Source: an uncultured Actinomycetes bacterium
Lineage (GTDB): Bacteria > SZUA-79 > Acidulodesulfobacterales > Acidulodesulfobacteraceae
Assembly: GCA_964631685.1 (NCBI GenBank)
Contig: CAZVZU010000001.1
Span: 128,001-192,000 of the forward strand
Length of the DNA: 64,000 bases
Direction of reading: 5' to 3'
In this document: positions 29,382-40,827 of the stretch, in pieces
Numbering within the stretch: position 1 is the stretch's first letter
How the letters are laid out: each line of letters starts with the position of its first letter
Made by a program: the position numbers and the translations under genes
The notes under the pieces: model-generated
The model's database searches: none
Seen by the model: the letters and a program-made list of their open reading frames with translations, nothing else
What the model was told of the DNA's origin: nothing

Positions 29382-30104
29382 ATGAAAACATCAAAGTTGT
29401 TACAAATTTTCTCAATAAGTGTTATTGCTTTCGGAATGATTCTCGCAGGATTCGCTTTTATCGGGACATCTTATGGAGCAGGGGTTCAAACTGCACATAG
29501 CATCATCGCTAAAAAAAATGCGGAGTTAGTGAAGTTATACGTAAAGATACTTAACAAGGTTGGCCATAGCAGCAAGGCCGCTATGGAAGTTGAAAAGAGG
29601 TTTGATATGAGTCCGGCACAGGTTAAGTTATATGCCGAAAAGGGTATGGGGCTAGGAGATGCTGTTTTTATAAAAATGGTCAAAGAAAATGCTGAAAATA
29701 ATATGAATACCAAGGCCTTTACCAGGGCATACTTAATGCAAGGTGATGCCATTTCGCAACTTAAGAATGGTGAAGTAAGGATGAAAAATATTATTACAGA
29801 GATGGGCAATGCGGTTAAATTAAAAGTAGTGAACGAGGCTTACAAGACTGAAACTGGCGTTAGCGTCGATCACGTATTATCTCTATCCGTTAACGGTCCT
29901 AATGTTAAATTAGAAAATTACGCAACTAATAAGGGTAGCATTAACATGACAAATCCTATGCAGAATAAAACAATGAGAATGAATGCAGCGCAGAGACAGA
30001 TAAATCAAGTAGACAATACCCAAAGACAGATGAAACAGATGTCTAATATTCAGCACCAAATTCAACAGAACAATAACTTGATGTGGCAAACAACAGGTAG
30101 GTAA
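29382..30104 (+). CDS. Hypothetical secreted protein with Gln/Asn/Met-rich C-terminal repeats
   Basis: Signal peptide-like N-terminus, GGAG RBS, 10-aa periodic tail. Confidence 0.75.
   Translation: MKTSKLLQIFSISVIAFGMILAGFAFIGTSYGAGVQTAHSIIAKKNAELVKLYVKILNKVGHSSKAAMEVEKRFDMSPAQVKLYAEKGMGLGDAVFIKMVKENAENNMNTKAFTRAYLMQGDAISQLKNGEVRMKNIITEMGNAVKLKVVNEAYKTETGVSVDHVLSLSVNGPNVKLENYATNKGSINMTNPMQNKTMRMNAAQRQINQVDNTQRQMKQMSNIQHQIQQNNNLMWQTTGR
29991..30080 (+). repeat. Three degenerate 30-nt tandem units
   Basis: Encode QRQINQVDNT / QRQMKQMSNI / QHQIQQNNNL. Confidence 0.6.
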
Positions 30105-30147
30105 TTGGTTGGATTTCACAAATTTAAAATCAATATAGAGAGGTGTT

Positions 30148-30960
30148 ATGGACATTAGAAAGAGTAAGATGTTTTATGTAGTTTTTTTAGTTCTTGTTTC
30201 TTTAATGATTTCAGTAAACGTAAGTGTATCAAGGTCATTTGGTGCTTCAAAGTTCCAGGTAGGGACAGGATTTAATGAAACTTGGGGTAAATATGGCACA
30301 AATTATTCTACGTCGTCAATCTATGTTCCGCTTAATATAAATTATTATCCTAATAAAAGTTTTAATTTTCAGGTCACTATACCGTACATGCATGTTCATA
30401 AACAATCGTCAACTGTGTTGGTAAACAATATACCGGTGCAGCAGAAAGGCACGTCTACTTCGGTTACAGAGAGCGGTTTAGGGGACATTGTATTAACCGG
30501 AAATTATAATATTATTAACCAGTCGGCAAATCCATCCTTGCCAACGTTGACGGCAACGGCATTCGTTGATTTACCGACGGCAAGCAAGTCTAAAGGTTTA
30601 GGGACGGGTAAGGCAAATTACGGTTTCCAGCTTGGCATAACACAACTGGTAAGTTCATACTTTTATTTTATAAATGGGGGTTATACGGTCATAGGTAAGC
30701 CTTCAGGTGTTAGCACTCTCATTAATCCGTTTTCTATGTATGCCGGCGCAGGCAAATTGATCTCTAAAGATTTATCTGTCGCCGTCTCTGGTTCATGGTC
30801 ACAAGCAATTGTGTCGGGAACGCACAATACCGTAACAGGAGAACTATCAGTGATATATACGGCGGTAAAGAATAATACCGTAAGCGCCACTTATATAAAA
30901 GGTTTTACGAACGAAAGTCCGGCTCAGGGGATGATGTTAAGTTATTCGCTCATGTTCTGA
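30148..30960 (+). CDS. Outer-membrane beta-barrel, COG4313/MetA-pathway-like transporter family
   Basis: Signal peptide, amphipathic strands, SGLGD...Y...LPT...GLGTG pattern, terminal Phe. Confidence 0.7.
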   Translation: MDIRKSKMFYVVFLVLVSLMISVNVSVSRSFGASKFQVGTGFNETWGKYGTNYSTSSIYVPLNINYYPNKSFNFQVTIPYMHVHKQSSTVLVNNIPVQQKGTSTSVTESGLGDIVLTGNYNIINQSANPSLPTLTATAFVDLPTASKSKGLGTGKANYGFQLGITQLVSSYFYFINGGYTVIGKPSGVSTLINPFSMYAGAGKLISKDLSVAVSGSWSQAIVSGTHNTVTGELSVIYTAVKNNTVSATYIKGFTNESPAQGMMLSYSLMF

Positions 30961-30972
30961 TGCGTAGTGTTT

Positions 30973-31007
30973 TTAGACCCATCTTCTTACTAGGAAGATG
31001 GGTCTAA
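30973..31007. terminator. Likely bidirectional terminator hairpin
   Basis: TTAGACCCATCTTC / GAAGATGGGTCTAA perfect 14-bp stem between convergent genes. Confidence 0.8.
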
Positions 31008-31085
31008 TTTGTATCCGTGCATTTAGATATATAAGAGACCTTTCTGCTATGGCCCTAAGCCTAAATATCGTTACCACGGATCATC

Positions 31086-31946
31086 TTAATATATATGCCT
31101 TGTAAAAATGTCTGCTATTTTTCTAATAAAGATAGGCGTATCACTGTAGTCATTAAGGTAAAAGTTAGCTAAAGACTGTTTTTTACCTATAACGCAGTTT
31201 ATTAAATTGATGTGCATGGCGGTTTTATTCACTACAATAGAAGAGTCTTGTGAAAACATTGTTTCATCCGTGACGTCATCGCCGATATTGACGCGTAAAA
31301 TATTTAATTTTAATGAATCGCTTTTTGGCAATGCTTTGACGATATAATCGCAAGCGGAGCCCTTATTCCAAGCGATACGCGGCCTTATCTCTAATATTTT
31401 TTTTCCTTTCGTTATATGTAAAAATTTTTTAAAATCAGGATTTTGACTCATTATTTCCTTGACGCTTTGTTTTAGAAAATTAGTTTCATCGTCACTTAAT
31501 AGCCGGTAATGTAAGCTTATTGAAAATTTCTTATTTTCAATAATTAGATTGTTTATATCTATTTTCTTAACCTGTATCAATGCTTTTTCTAATAAAGGTA
31601 TATATTTATCTGCATTTTCTACTAAAAAATCTAGTTTAAAATCCTCATAATAACTCTTAATTTCAAACCCGTGATTCCCGGAATAGATTATATTCTTTCT
31701 TATATTTATTCTACTTTCTATATCGGTTAATTCCCTTCCTGTTACAATACATAAAAAGGTGTTTTTCATCTCACCAATTTCAACCAAAAAATCATACAAC
31801 TGAGATGATACAGTTACGCCGTAGGGACTTTTGCATATTTTAACCAATGTGCCGTCAAAATCGATGCAAAAAACCAATATGTCCGGGTTAGTAACATGGA
31901 TAATTTTTTGTATTTCATTAATTTTTTCAATTCCGTCATATAACAT
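31086..31946 (-). CDS. otsB: Trehalose-6-phosphate phosphatase
   Basis: HAD motif DFDGTL, GNHGFE, LHYR, WNKG, IGDDVTDE. Confidence 0.93.
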   Translation of the reverse strand: MLYDGIEKINEIQKIIHVTNPDILVFCIDFDGTLVKICKSPYGVTVSSQLYDFLVEIGEMKNTFLCIVTGRELTDIESRINIRKNIIYSGNHGFEIKSYYEDFKLDFLVENADKYIPLLEKALIQVKKIDINNLIIENKKFSISLHYRLLSDDETNFLKQSVKEIMSQNPDFKKFLHITKGKKILEIRPRIAWNKGSACDYIVKALPKSDSLKLNILRVNIGDDVTDETMFSQDSSIVVNKTAMHINLINCVIGKKQSLANFYLNDYSDTPIFIRKIADIFTRHIY

Positions 31947-32078
31947 GTTACCTGTAATTATAGTATGTAATATAAAATGTTACAAGATTGAAAAAATAGT
32001 AAAAATAGTATAGAATGAACGAGATGTGATCATTACCATGTAAATATTATTTATTGAATCTGCATAAAAATTAACAAT

Positions 32079-33566
32079 ATGGAAAAAGAAAGATTTAATA
32101 ATTTAATAAGAGAGAAGTTGGGCGATATTAACTTGATTATCGTTTCCAATAGGGAACCAATTGCCCACGAATATGCCGGAAAAAAGATTAAGGCAGTAAA
32201 GTCTGTGGGGGGACTCACGATTGCCCTTGAGCCCATAATGCGAAATCTCCATGGGACTTGGATTGCCTACGGAAGCGGAGGCGCGGATAAATCTGTCGTA
32301 GATGATAAGGGAAAGATAAAGTTACCGGAAGGGGAGGAGTCTTATACTCTCAAAAGGATTTTTCTTACAAAAGACGACTTAAACCAATATTACTACGGAT
32401 ATGCAAACTCCATTTTATGGCCGCTATGCCATGCTGTATATATTAAGCCCGTTTTTGATTCGAATCAGTTTTTATCGTACGACGAGGTAAATAAAAAGTT
32501 TGCAGACTCGATAATAGAAGAGATTAACTGGTCCGATATTGCCGACGGTGTCAAAAATGTTGTATGGCTTCAAGATTATCACCTTGCGCGGTGTGCTATA
32601 TATCTCAAAGAGTACAATGAGCACATTAAAACCGCTATATTTTGGCATATTCCATGGCCAAATCCGGAGATATTTTCAATATGTCCGGAAAAAGTAGAAT
32701 TACTTGAGGGTTTACTCGCAAACGATTTAATTGGTTTTCAAATAACTTATCATTGCCAAAACTTTTTAAAGGCATGTGAATGGGAGCTTGAGGCTCAAAT
32801 TAACTGGGCGGACTATTCTGTTACATATAAGGGTCATAAAACAAAAGTCATGTCATTTCCAATTAGCGTGGATGCTGTTCACTTAAACGATATTGCTAAA
32901 TCCGAAGAGGTTGACAAAATAATTTATAATATTCAAAAAAATGACGATATTACTGAATCGTTAGGGGAGTTTCTCGCTATTTCCGTAGATAGATTGGACT
33001 ATACTAAGGGAATTACAGAAAAGTTAATGGCAATAGACCGCTTATTGGAAAAACATCCAGAGCTTCAAGGTAAGTTTGTTTTTGTGCAGTTTGGTGTGCC
33101 GTCAAGGGTGCATATAGAAGCTTATAAGAAATTTAATGATGAAATTTCCAGGCTTTCGGATGATATAAATTGGAAGTATGGGACATCAGATTGGCACCCG
33201 ATTGTGAGATATTTTAAACAGTTAGATCTGGAGGTTTACTTGGCGTATTATAGATTATGCAACATTATGATAGTAAGCCCTCTACACGACGGTATGAACC
33301 TTGTAGCTAAAGAGTATATTATGTCTGATATTGATGCTCACGGGATGCTGATGTTATCGCGCTTCACGGGGGCATCAAAGGAGCTGTACGATGCTATCTT
33401 AGTTAACCCATATGATACAGAATGTTTTGCTGACAAAATATATGAAGGAATAGTTATGAGCAAAGAAGAAAAAGAGAAAAGAATATCTAAAATGCAAAAC
33501 ATCATTATGGAGAATGATATTTACAAGTGGGCATATAACTTCCTTACATCCCTTTATTTAATCTAG
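32079..33566 (+). CDS. otsA: Trehalose-6-phosphate synthase
   Basis: [41 protein letters not shown]. Confidence 0.96.
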   Translation: MEKERFNNLIREKLGDINLIIVSNREPIAHEYAGKKIKAVKSVGGLTIALEPIMRNLHGTWIAYGSGGADKSVVDDKGKIKLPEGEESYTLKRIFLTKDDLNQYYYGYANSILWPLCHAVYIKPVFDSNQFLSYDEVNKKFADSIIEEINWSDIADGVKNVVWLQDYHLARCAIYLKEYNEHIKTAIFWHIPWPNPEIFSICPEKVELLEGLLANDLIGFQITYHCQNFLKACEWELEAQINWADYSVTYKGHKTKVMSFPISVDAVHLNDIAKSEEVDKIIYNIQKNDDITESLGEFLAISVDRLDYTKGITEKLMAIDRLLEKHPELQGKFVFVQFGVPSRVHIEAYKKFNDEISRLSDDINWKYGTSDWHPIVRYFKQLDLEVYLAYYRLCNIMIVSPLHDGMNLVAKEYIMSDIDAHGMLMLSRFTGASKELYDAILVNPYDTECFADKIYEGIVMSKEEKEKRISKMQNIIMENDIYKWAYNFLTSLYLI

Positions 33567-35257
33567 ATTTTAAAAACCTTAATCATATTAGATAGTTCTA
33601 TAGCCATGCGAGAAAGTTCTTCGGATGATGTTAATACTTGTTTTGAGCTACTTGATGCCGCATCTTGCGCCTCAATTATCTCTTCCGATGACACAGATAT
33701 CTCTTCGCTGACCTGAGACTGTTCTTCTGATGCTGTTGCTATCTGAGTAATCATCTCCTTAAGCTTAGACATCAAACTATTTATATTTTGTATCGCATCG
33801 GCGGATTTCTGTGCCTGAACCGCTCCCTTGGAAACCTCCTTCTTTCCTCTTTGCATTGATGTCACGGCTTCCTTTGTATTTCTCTGAATGCTCAATATCA
33901 TAGACTCTATTTCTTTTGTAGCCTTAGTGGTTCTTTCTGCTAGTTTTCTAACCTCATCCGCAACCACCGCAAAACCGCGGCCTTGTTCACCGGCACGCGC
34001 GGCCTCTATTGCCGCGTTTAGGGCAAGAAGATTTGTTTGATCGGCAATATCGTTTATTACTCCGATAATTTCTCCTATCTTATCGGATGAAGCACCAAGT
34101 TCACCTATAGTATTAGAAACTGCGGAGACCGTATTCTCTATATTTTTCATCTCATTTGCAACATCATGAACCGATTTTGTGCCGTATTCTACTACGCGCT
34201 CGGTTTCAACGGCTTTTGCAGCCGAAGAATTTGAATTTTTTGCTACCTCAATAATTGCTATGGACATTTGTTTGATTGATTCTATAATCCTTAAAGCCTT
34301 CTCTCTCATCTGCCCTATCATCTTTTCAAATTCTTTTGACGACATGGACAATTCCTCTGATTGAGAGCTTAACTGCGCAGAGGTATTACTTATGCCGTTT
34401 ATATTATTCGAAAGAGAATCAACCAGATTGTTGACATTGGCGATGACCATTCCTATCTCGCTTTCTTCGTGAACATTAAGGTTTAATTTTGATGTTAAGT
34501 CTCCATTGGCAATCTGCTTTATCTTTCTAGCAGCCGCATCTAAAACCTCAACCACGGTTTTTTTAAAGTAAAGCACGATAAAAATAAGCATAGATAAAAA
34601 CACTATAGGGAAAAGAATAGTTATATATTCCAAGAGTGCGATTTCGTTATAATAAAGATTTTTTAATCCGCGTTCTATTACCGTCATATGCTTAATAATT
34701 AAGCCTAGATGATTATCAAAATATAGAGGACTCATAGCTTTGCCGACCAATAAGGGATATTTTAAAAGGCGCGTTGCTATGGGACTGAATATATAGTATT
34801 CCTCGGACAGTTTTTTTATATCTAAAGCAGTTTTTTTGTTGGTAAACTTATGTAAGGACGTTTTTTTAATGCCGAAAACATAATCCGGTTTAATTTTTTG
34901 AAACCCAGATGTAAATCCCTTCAATGCTAATTTTATATTTTCAAATTTGGGCTTTGCGATTCGTGCTATGCTCAATATTTTTGTGTCATAGGCTTTTTCT
35001 ATGCTGGATTTCGCTACACCTGTCTTATGCATCTTCTTGTACATCTTGTACATCTCTTTTTCTTGAGACAGAAAAATTATTTGCAGTAAATTTCCCTTCA
35101 GGCTTCTAATTGCTTCTGATGTTCTGCTTACAGTATTCATGTTGGTCACATCATTCCTTAGTGCTTTAGCGTAAAGAAGAAAAAGAATACTGGCCGCTGT
35201 GATAAGGACAAAAGCAAAGACGGAAATAAAGTAAAGCTTAGATTTTAACGTTTTCAA
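33563..35257 (-). CDS. Methyl-accepting chemotaxis protein (TM-sensor-TM-HAMP-signalling); TTG 35257 follows GGAGG
   Basis: [40 protein letters not shown]. Confidence 0.95.
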   Translation of the reverse strand: MKTLKSKLYFISVFAFVLITAASILFLLYAKALRNDVTNMNTVSRTSEAIRSLKGNLLQIIFLSQEKEMYKMYKKMHKTGVAKSSIEKAYDTKILSIARIAKPKFENIKLALKGFTSGFQKIKPDYVFGIKKTSLHKFTNKKTALDIKKLSEEYYIFSPIATRLLKYPLLVGKAMSPLYFDNHLGLIIKHMTVIERGLKNLYYNEIALLEYITILFPIVFLSMLIFIVLYFKKTVVEVLDAAARKIKQIANGDLTSKLNLNVHEESEIGMVIANVNNLVDSLSNNINGISNTSAQLSSQSEELSMSSKEFEKMIGQMREKALRIIESIKQMSIAIIEVAKNSNSSAAKAVETERVVEYGTKSVHDVANEMKNIENTVSAVSNTIGELGASSDKIGEIIGVINDIADQTNLLALNAAIEAARAGEQGRGFAVVADEVRKLAERTTKATKEIESMILSIQRNTKEAVTSMQRGKKEVSKGAVQAQKSADAIQNINSLMSKLKEMITQIATASEEQSQVSEEISVSSEEIIEAQDAASSSSKQVLTSSEELSRMAIELSNMIKVFKI

Positions 35258-35485
35258 TAATAATCCTCCGTTATTTTTATGCACCTTTTACGAATACTAT
35301 CATAATACTGCGCAATAGTCAATAAAAAATAAAAAGCAACCTCAGCGAAACCCCCTCCATTATTTTCATATTTCTTACATTTAAGGCAAAAAAGTTGATA
35401 AAATAATCAGGAACAATTATAATTCTCATGTGGTTTGCGGTTGAAATGATTTGTATCATTAATAATATGATAGGAGAGTAATAAC

Positions 35486-35674
35486 ATGCCGTTCGTATCC
35501 ATTAAAATGCTTGAAGGAAGAACAAAGGAGCAAAAGAAAGGACTTATTGAGTCTGTCAGTAGATGTGTGGCAGAGAGTTTAAATATAGATGAACAACACG
35601 TGTGGGTGGTTATAGAAGATTTTCCGAAAGATGAGTGGGGATTGGGCGGTAAATTAGCTTCGGAAAGAGATTGA
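35486..35674 (+). CDS. 4-oxalocrotonate tautomerase family protein
   Basis: Pro-1 after Met, GRTKEQK, WGLGG. Confidence 0.9.
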   Translation: MPFVSIKMLEGRTKEQKKGLIESVSRCVAESLNIDEQHVWVVIEDFPKDEWGLGGKLASERD

Positions 35675-35715
35675 AAGCCAGTCATTAACGATCCAAATTT
35701 AAAAAGGGAGCAATT

Positions 35716-36489
35716 ATGCCGGAAGTGTGTTTATCTGTCGGGAGAGCGTTGTTGGACGATATATTCCGTGATATTGATTACGCGAACGACAAAGGCGCCG
35801 AATTTGTTGAGATAAGATTTGACCTTCTAAACGAAGCCGGAGACGGACAGTTGCAAGACATTACTGATGCCTCTTTTGTACGCAAAATTACTGACTTGAC
35901 GACCTATGCAAGGCATAGAAATATAAAGTTAATAGCTACAAAGAGGGCAAAATGCCGTAGTTCGGATAAAAGCCAAAACTTAAATGCAATAAAAATAAAA
36001 TTCTTAAAATCTCTCATAAAAATGGGTTTTTCCGTAGCCGATATTGAGCTTGACGTTATCGAAAGACATTTAATAAAGGATTTTATCGATTTTGCCCATT
36101 CCATGGAATCAAAGGTTATCTTGTCCGTCCACAATTTTAATGAATCCATAGATATCCAAACGACGATCCAATACTATTTAGATTCAAGCTATTTTGGCGC
36201 TGATTACTTTAAAATGGCAGATATGGCAAATTCTAGTGAGGATATGATAAATATTATTGAGAAAAACCAGAAACTTGCAGATATCAAAGCATCGGATTCA
36301 TCTGTTTTTCCTGATTTTGTTGTTTTCGGAATGGGAGATAAGGCTAAGATAACAAGGATACTGTCATTATTTTACGGTTCTTCATTTACCTATTGTTCAT
36401 CGCCGTCCGGGTGCACAGCTGCAGGCCAATTTGATTTAGATGAATTTAAAGACGAATATTTGAGAATTTCCAAGATATATAAATTTTAA
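35716..36489 (+). CDS. aroD: Type I 3-dehydroquinate dehydratase
   Basis: VEIRFD, DIEL, SVHNF, KMA, FGMG, TAAGQ. Confidence 0.85.
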   Translation: MPEVCLSVGRALLDDIFRDIDYANDKGAEFVEIRFDLLNEAGDGQLQDITDASFVRKITDLTTYARHRNIKLIATKRAKCRSSDKSQNLNAIKIKFLKSLIKMGFSVADIELDVIERHLIKDFIDFAHSMESKVILSVHNFNESIDIQTTIQYYLDSSYFGADYFKMADMANSSEDMINIIEKNQKLADIKASDSSVFPDFVVFGMGDKAKITRILSLFYGSSFTYCSSPSGCTAAGQFDLDEFKDEYLRISKIYKF

Positions 36490-36521
36490 CCGCACAATAA
36501 AGATGTATATGGGCATTTATC

Positions 36522-38276
36522 ATGGGCTTATTGGTCAACAGTTTATCTAAAACTAAAAAACTCGGCGAGATTCTGATCGATGCGAAGCTCTTGAATCCGA
36601 CGCAGCTTGAAACTGCTCTGTCTGAAGCAAAAAAAAGACATTTAAGGCTTGGAGCGGCATTGATAGCTATCGGGATTCTTTCGGAAGACGATATCTTGGA
36701 TGCCTTGTCCTCGCAACTGAATGTAAAAAAAATAGACCTATCTAAAATAATTATAGATCCCGCAGTAGGAAAAATCATCCCCGAAGGGCTTTCAAAACAG
36801 TTTAAAATGGTGAGCATCAGTCTTTCAGATAATATCCTGACTGTTGCCTTATCCGATCCGTTAAATGTTTTTGCAACGGATTCGTTAAAAAGGTATGTTG
36901 ATTACGATATAGAGATAGTTTTAGCCAAAGAACGCGAAATAACTAAATCATTGGATTTTGTCTGGACGACTAAAAATACATCAAAGGACTCTTTAGTAAA
37001 AGATAATATGAATTTCACCTCTAATTTTAGTACTTCAGGGGCAACGCAGGACCAACAATCACATTTTTCCTCCCCGCAAACATCTTCTGCAGTAGTTAAG
37101 GAGGTTTTAGATTCTGAAGATATAAATATTATAAAGCTTGTAAATGACATTATTTTTTCTGCTTCAAAAAATAGAGCTTCTGATGTTCACATAGAGCCTT
37201 TGACCGATGAAGTTATTATAAGGGAAAGAATAGACGGGGAACTTTTCGAAGCGAAGAGAATACCCCTCCAGTTTTTAAATCCTGTTATTGCAAGAATAAA
37301 AATAATGGCCAATATGGACATTGCGGAAAAAAGAAATCCTCAAGATTCTAGATTTGGAATCAATGTAGGTGATAAAAATCTTGATATAAGGGTTTCTATT
37401 ATTCCCACCATAAACGGAGAAAAAGCAGTTCTTAGAATATTAGATAAAGGCTACAAGGTACTGAAAATTTCGGAATTGTCGATAGATAAGAACGAAAAAG
37501 AGACAATTTTAAAGACGGTCTATAAAAAATACGGATTGTTCATTATAACGGGTCCCACAGGTTCGGGAAAAACTACGACGGCATATTCCGTAATAGCGGA
37601 ACTTAATAACTTAGATAAAAACATTATCACGGTTGAGGATCCTGTTGAATATAAGATAAGATATATCAATCAGATTGAAGCTAATAGGATGGGTGGATTT
37701 ACCTTTGCTACCGCATTGAGGGCAGTATTAAGACAGGATCCTGATATTATTTTGGTTGGAGAGATAAGGGACGAGGAAACGGCTAGGATTGCCATTCAGG
37801 CCGCTTTAACGGGTCATTTTGTTATCTCCACGCTGCACAGTCAAGATGCGTCAAATGCTATTTCAAGGTTAATAGATATGGGGATAGAACCTTTTTTAAT
37901 TTCCTCGTCCCTTATAGGCGTTGCCGGGCAAAGACTAGTTAAAAAATTATGCGACAAATGTAAAAAACCATATACTCCTGAACCATCCTTTATTAAAGAG
38001 TTAGGGCTTCCGGCTGACGTTCATTTTACATTTTACCAAGAAACTGGATGTGATGTGTGTAGAGGGACTGGTTTTTACGGCAGAATAAGCGTAATGGAAT
38101 TTTTAACACCCACAAAAAATATTCAAAAATTAATAGTTGAAAGAGCAGATTCTGCTAAGATAAGGAGCGCAGCCATACATGAGGGATTTATTCCCTTAAG
38201 GATGATTGGGCTAAAAAAGGTAATGCAGGGAATAACAACGGTCAATGAGATTATTCAAGCTACTCAGGATGTATAA
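36522..38276 (+). CDS. pilB: GspE/PilB-family assembly ATPase with N-terminal MshEN-like region
   Basis: KLGEIL/RLGAAL repeats, GPTGSGKTTT, LRQDPD, STLH, tetracysteine motif. Confidence 0.85.
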   Translation: MGLLVNSLSKTKKLGEILIDAKLLNPTQLETALSEAKKRHLRLGAALIAIGILSEDDILDALSSQLNVKKIDLSKIIIDPAVGKIIPEGLSKQFKMVSISLSDNILTVALSDPLNVFATDSLKRYVDYDIEIVLAKEREITKSLDFVWTTKNTSKDSLVKDNMNFTSNFSTSGATQDQQSHFSSPQTSSAVVKEVLDSEDINIIKLVNDIIFSASKNRASDVHIEPLTDEVIIRERIDGELFEAKRIPLQFLNPVIARIKIMANMDIAEKRNPQDSRFGINVGDKNLDIRVSIIPTINGEKAVLRILDKGYKVLKISELSIDKNEKETILKTVYKKYGLFIITGPTGSGKTTTAYSVIAELNNLDKNIITVEDPVEYKIRYINQIEANRMGGFTFATALRAVLRQDPDIILVGEIRDEETARIAIQAALTGHFVISTLHSQDASNAISRLIDMGIEPFLISSSLIGVAGQRLVKKLCDKCKKPYTPEPSFIKELGLPADVHFTFYQETGCDVCRGTGFYGRISVMEFLTPTKNIQKLIVERADSAKIRSAAIHEGFIPLRMIGLKKVMQGITTVNEIIQATQDV

Positions 38277-38299
38277 AATAAAACAAGGTTGATGTAACT

Positions 38300-39514
38300 A
38301 TGGCCATTTATCGTTATAGAGCAAGGGATAAATCGGGGAAACTTGTTATTGGAAGATTAGATGCGGCTTCGTCTATTTCTGCCGAAAAACAGATTGAAGA
38401 CTTACGACTTATACCTATTTCAATGGAAGAAGTAACAAGTTTTTATTGGAGCGATATATTTCCTACTTTTCAAACAATATCCAAAAAGGATGTGATTATT
38501 TTTTCAAGACAGCTTGCTACGCTTTATCAATCCGGCGTTCCCCTTATAAAAAGTTTAGATTCTCTTATGGAATTTGCCAGAAATAAAAAATTCAAAGCTG
38601 TCTTGGACGATATTAAGTCAGGCGTTGGGAACGGGGAGACGCTCGCCCAGAGTATGTCTAATCATCCAAATGTTTTTCCGGAAATTTATGTTAACATGAT
38701 AGAGGTCGGAGAAACCGGAGGGCTTTTATATGAGATATTGGTCAGGCTCGCTCTTTTAATGGAAAAGGATATGGCGGTTAAATCTAAGGTGAAAAGTGCT
38801 ACGTTATATCCTAAAATAGTATTATCCGCGATAATTATTGCGGTCGTTGTCCTTGTAGGGTTCGTGATACCTAAATTTACCATGCTTTATAAGAGCTTTA
38901 ATGTTCCTCTTCCTTTTGAGACAAGAATGTTAGTTGCAATGTCAAACTTTGTAGTAAATTATTGGTACATAGTTGTTGGAATTGCCGCAACATTGATTAT
39001 TGTTGTTAAGCTATTTTTGAATTCTACCGGCGGCAGGCTGTGGTGGGACGAGCATAAGTTAAAAATACCAATTTTCGGAAGTATATTTTATAAATCTATC
39101 ATGAGCCAGTTTGCAAGAATTTTTGGACTCTTATTCCAAAGTGGGTTGCCGGTGAATAAGTCATTTGAGTTGATTAGGAATGCTGTCAATAATAAATTTT
39201 TTACCAAAAAAATAGATGAAATACAATCGGATGTTATAAGAGGGGAATCCATTACGGACAGTTTTAAAAATTCAAAAATATTTTCAGGGATTATGATCCA
39301 AATGCTTAGCGTCGGGGAGGAAACGGGGCATATTGATGAGATGCTTGCCAAGGTTGCCGACTACTTTGATGAGGATCTAGATCACCAGCTGAGTATGCTT
39401 CAAGCTAGCATTGAACCTGTCCTACTGACTGTAATTTTCGGCATGGTACTTTTTCTTGCACTTGCGATTTATTTGCCAATAATTAATGTAATAAATTTCG
39501 CAGGTCGCGGGTAA
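38300..39514 (+). CDS. pilC: GspF/PilC inner-membrane platform protein
   Basis: FSRQLATL, VGETGG, SATLYP, VGEETG, IEP, IYLP. Confidence 0.87.
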   Translation: MAIYRYRARDKSGKLVIGRLDAASSISAEKQIEDLRLIPISMEEVTSFYWSDIFPTFQTISKKDVIIFSRQLATLYQSGVPLIKSLDSLMEFARNKKFKAVLDDIKSGVGNGETLAQSMSNHPNVFPEIYVNMIEVGETGGLLYEILVRLALLMEKDMAVKSKVKSATLYPKIVLSAIIIAVVVLVGFVIPKFTMLYKSFNVPLPFETRMLVAMSNFVVNYWYIVVGIAATLIIVVKLFLNSTGGRLWWDEHKLKIPIFGSIFYKSIMSQFARIFGLLFQSGLPVNKSFELIRNAVNNKFFTKKIDEIQSDVIRGESITDSFKNSKIFSGIMIQMLSVGEETGHIDEMLAKVADYFDEDLDHQLSMLQASIEPVLLTVIFGMVLFLALAIYLPIINVINFAGRG

Positions 39515-39682
39515 ACAATAAGTAAAAATAGATATTTGCATGTTTATACCTTTTTTGATTACTAAAAGCGGTTGACTTAATATATATGAAAATGATAGTA
39601 TACAAATAAACATATATATATCAGAGATAAACAAACAACTAAAACAAAGCATGAACTTTATTTCAGTCTGAGGTGAATTAAA

Positions 39683-40795
39683 ATGGCGATTAAGGATAGC
39701 GGATATGCTGATTTTGTCAAATTGAGGTCATATTTTATAAAAAAAAGGTTAAAATTTGTTTTTTATGCGTTAATTTTTTTAGTTTTATTACAGGTTCCAA
39801 TTTTAATGTCCGGTTGCGCAAAAAAAACTTCTTCCGTTCAGAAGATGCCTGTAAGAATAAGGGCTAATGCGATAAGGACATCTTATAAGACAGTAAACAA
39901 ATATTTAAAATCTTCAGGGAACGTGGTGTCTCTAAATAATACTGTTATATCTGCCCATATCATGGGATATGTCGTTTACGAAAATATACATTTAGGGCAG
40001 AGTGTTAAAAAGGGTCAATTACTTTTAAAATTAAGCGCTCCAGAGATAAAATCTAAATATTACGCTGCAGAAGCCGCATTAATTAATGCGAAAAAAACAT
40101 ATGATAGAATAAATACACTCTACAAAGAAAATTCGGTTGCGAGGCAGACATACGACAATGCCTTTATGAGGTATAAGATTGCAAAAGCTAATCTAAATAC
40201 TGCGTTAAGCTATATGGGTTACACAAATGTTTATTCCCCTATAAACGGTGTTATAACGCAAAAAAAGGTTTCCATGGGAGACCTTGCTACCCCCGGTCGA
40301 ATGCTTTTTATGATTCAAAATATAAATAGATTAGAATTCAAAACTAATGTTAATGCCCGATACTATAATGATATTCTATCGTCCAATAAGACAGTTAAAC
40401 TAAATATTAATTCTGCAGGCAGGATAATTGTCGGGCATGTGGTATCGGTGGTTAGATCGGCTAATCCGTATTCACACTCCATTGTCATAAGGATAAAGAT
40501 TGGTCGATGGGAAGGGCGCGGCATACTTCCAGGCATGTACGGTGTTGCAAGTTTCAAAATCGGTGAAAGAAAAGTTATTATGATTCCTAAGGTTGCAGTA
40601 ATAAAAAAACTTGGGGTTCTTGGGGTATATATAGTAAATAACGAAGGTGGGATTATGTTTCAACCTATTAAAAAGGGCGAAATTTATGACAGAAATTATA
40701 TCGTTGTATTAAATGGGCTAAGCCCTAATTTGATCGTAATTACATCGAATTTAAATAGTATTTCCGCCGGCGGCTATGTTAATCCGGTATTTTAA
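39683..40795 (+). CDS. RND efflux periplasmic adaptor (MFP)
   Basis: GQSVKKGQLL lipoyl half-motif, SPINGVI, LPGMYG. Confidence 0.9.
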   Translation: MAIKDSGYADFVKLRSYFIKKRLKFVFYALIFLVLLQVPILMSGCAKKTSSVQKMPVRIRANAIRTSYKTVNKYLKSSGNVVSLNNTVISAHIMGYVVYENIHLGQSVKKGQLLLKLSAPEIKSKYYAAEAALINAKKTYDRINTLYKENSVARQTYDNAFMRYKIAKANLNTALSYMGYTNVYSPINGVITQKKVSMGDLATPGRMLFMIQNINRLEFKTNVNARYYNDILSSNKTVKLNINSAGRIIVGHVVSVVRSANPYSHSIVIRIKIGRWEGRGILPGMYGVASFKIGERKVIMIPKVAVIKKLGVLGVYIVNNEGGIMFQPIKKGEIYDRNYIVVLNGLSPNLIVITSNLNSISAGGYVNPVF

Positions 40796-40827
40796 AACAA
40801 TAAAAGATAAAGGAGTAAATATAATTA

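Noticed and set aside
35034..35056. 9-nt duplication (MYKMYK) in the MCP sensor domain
   Set aside because: Only two in-frame copies; trivial
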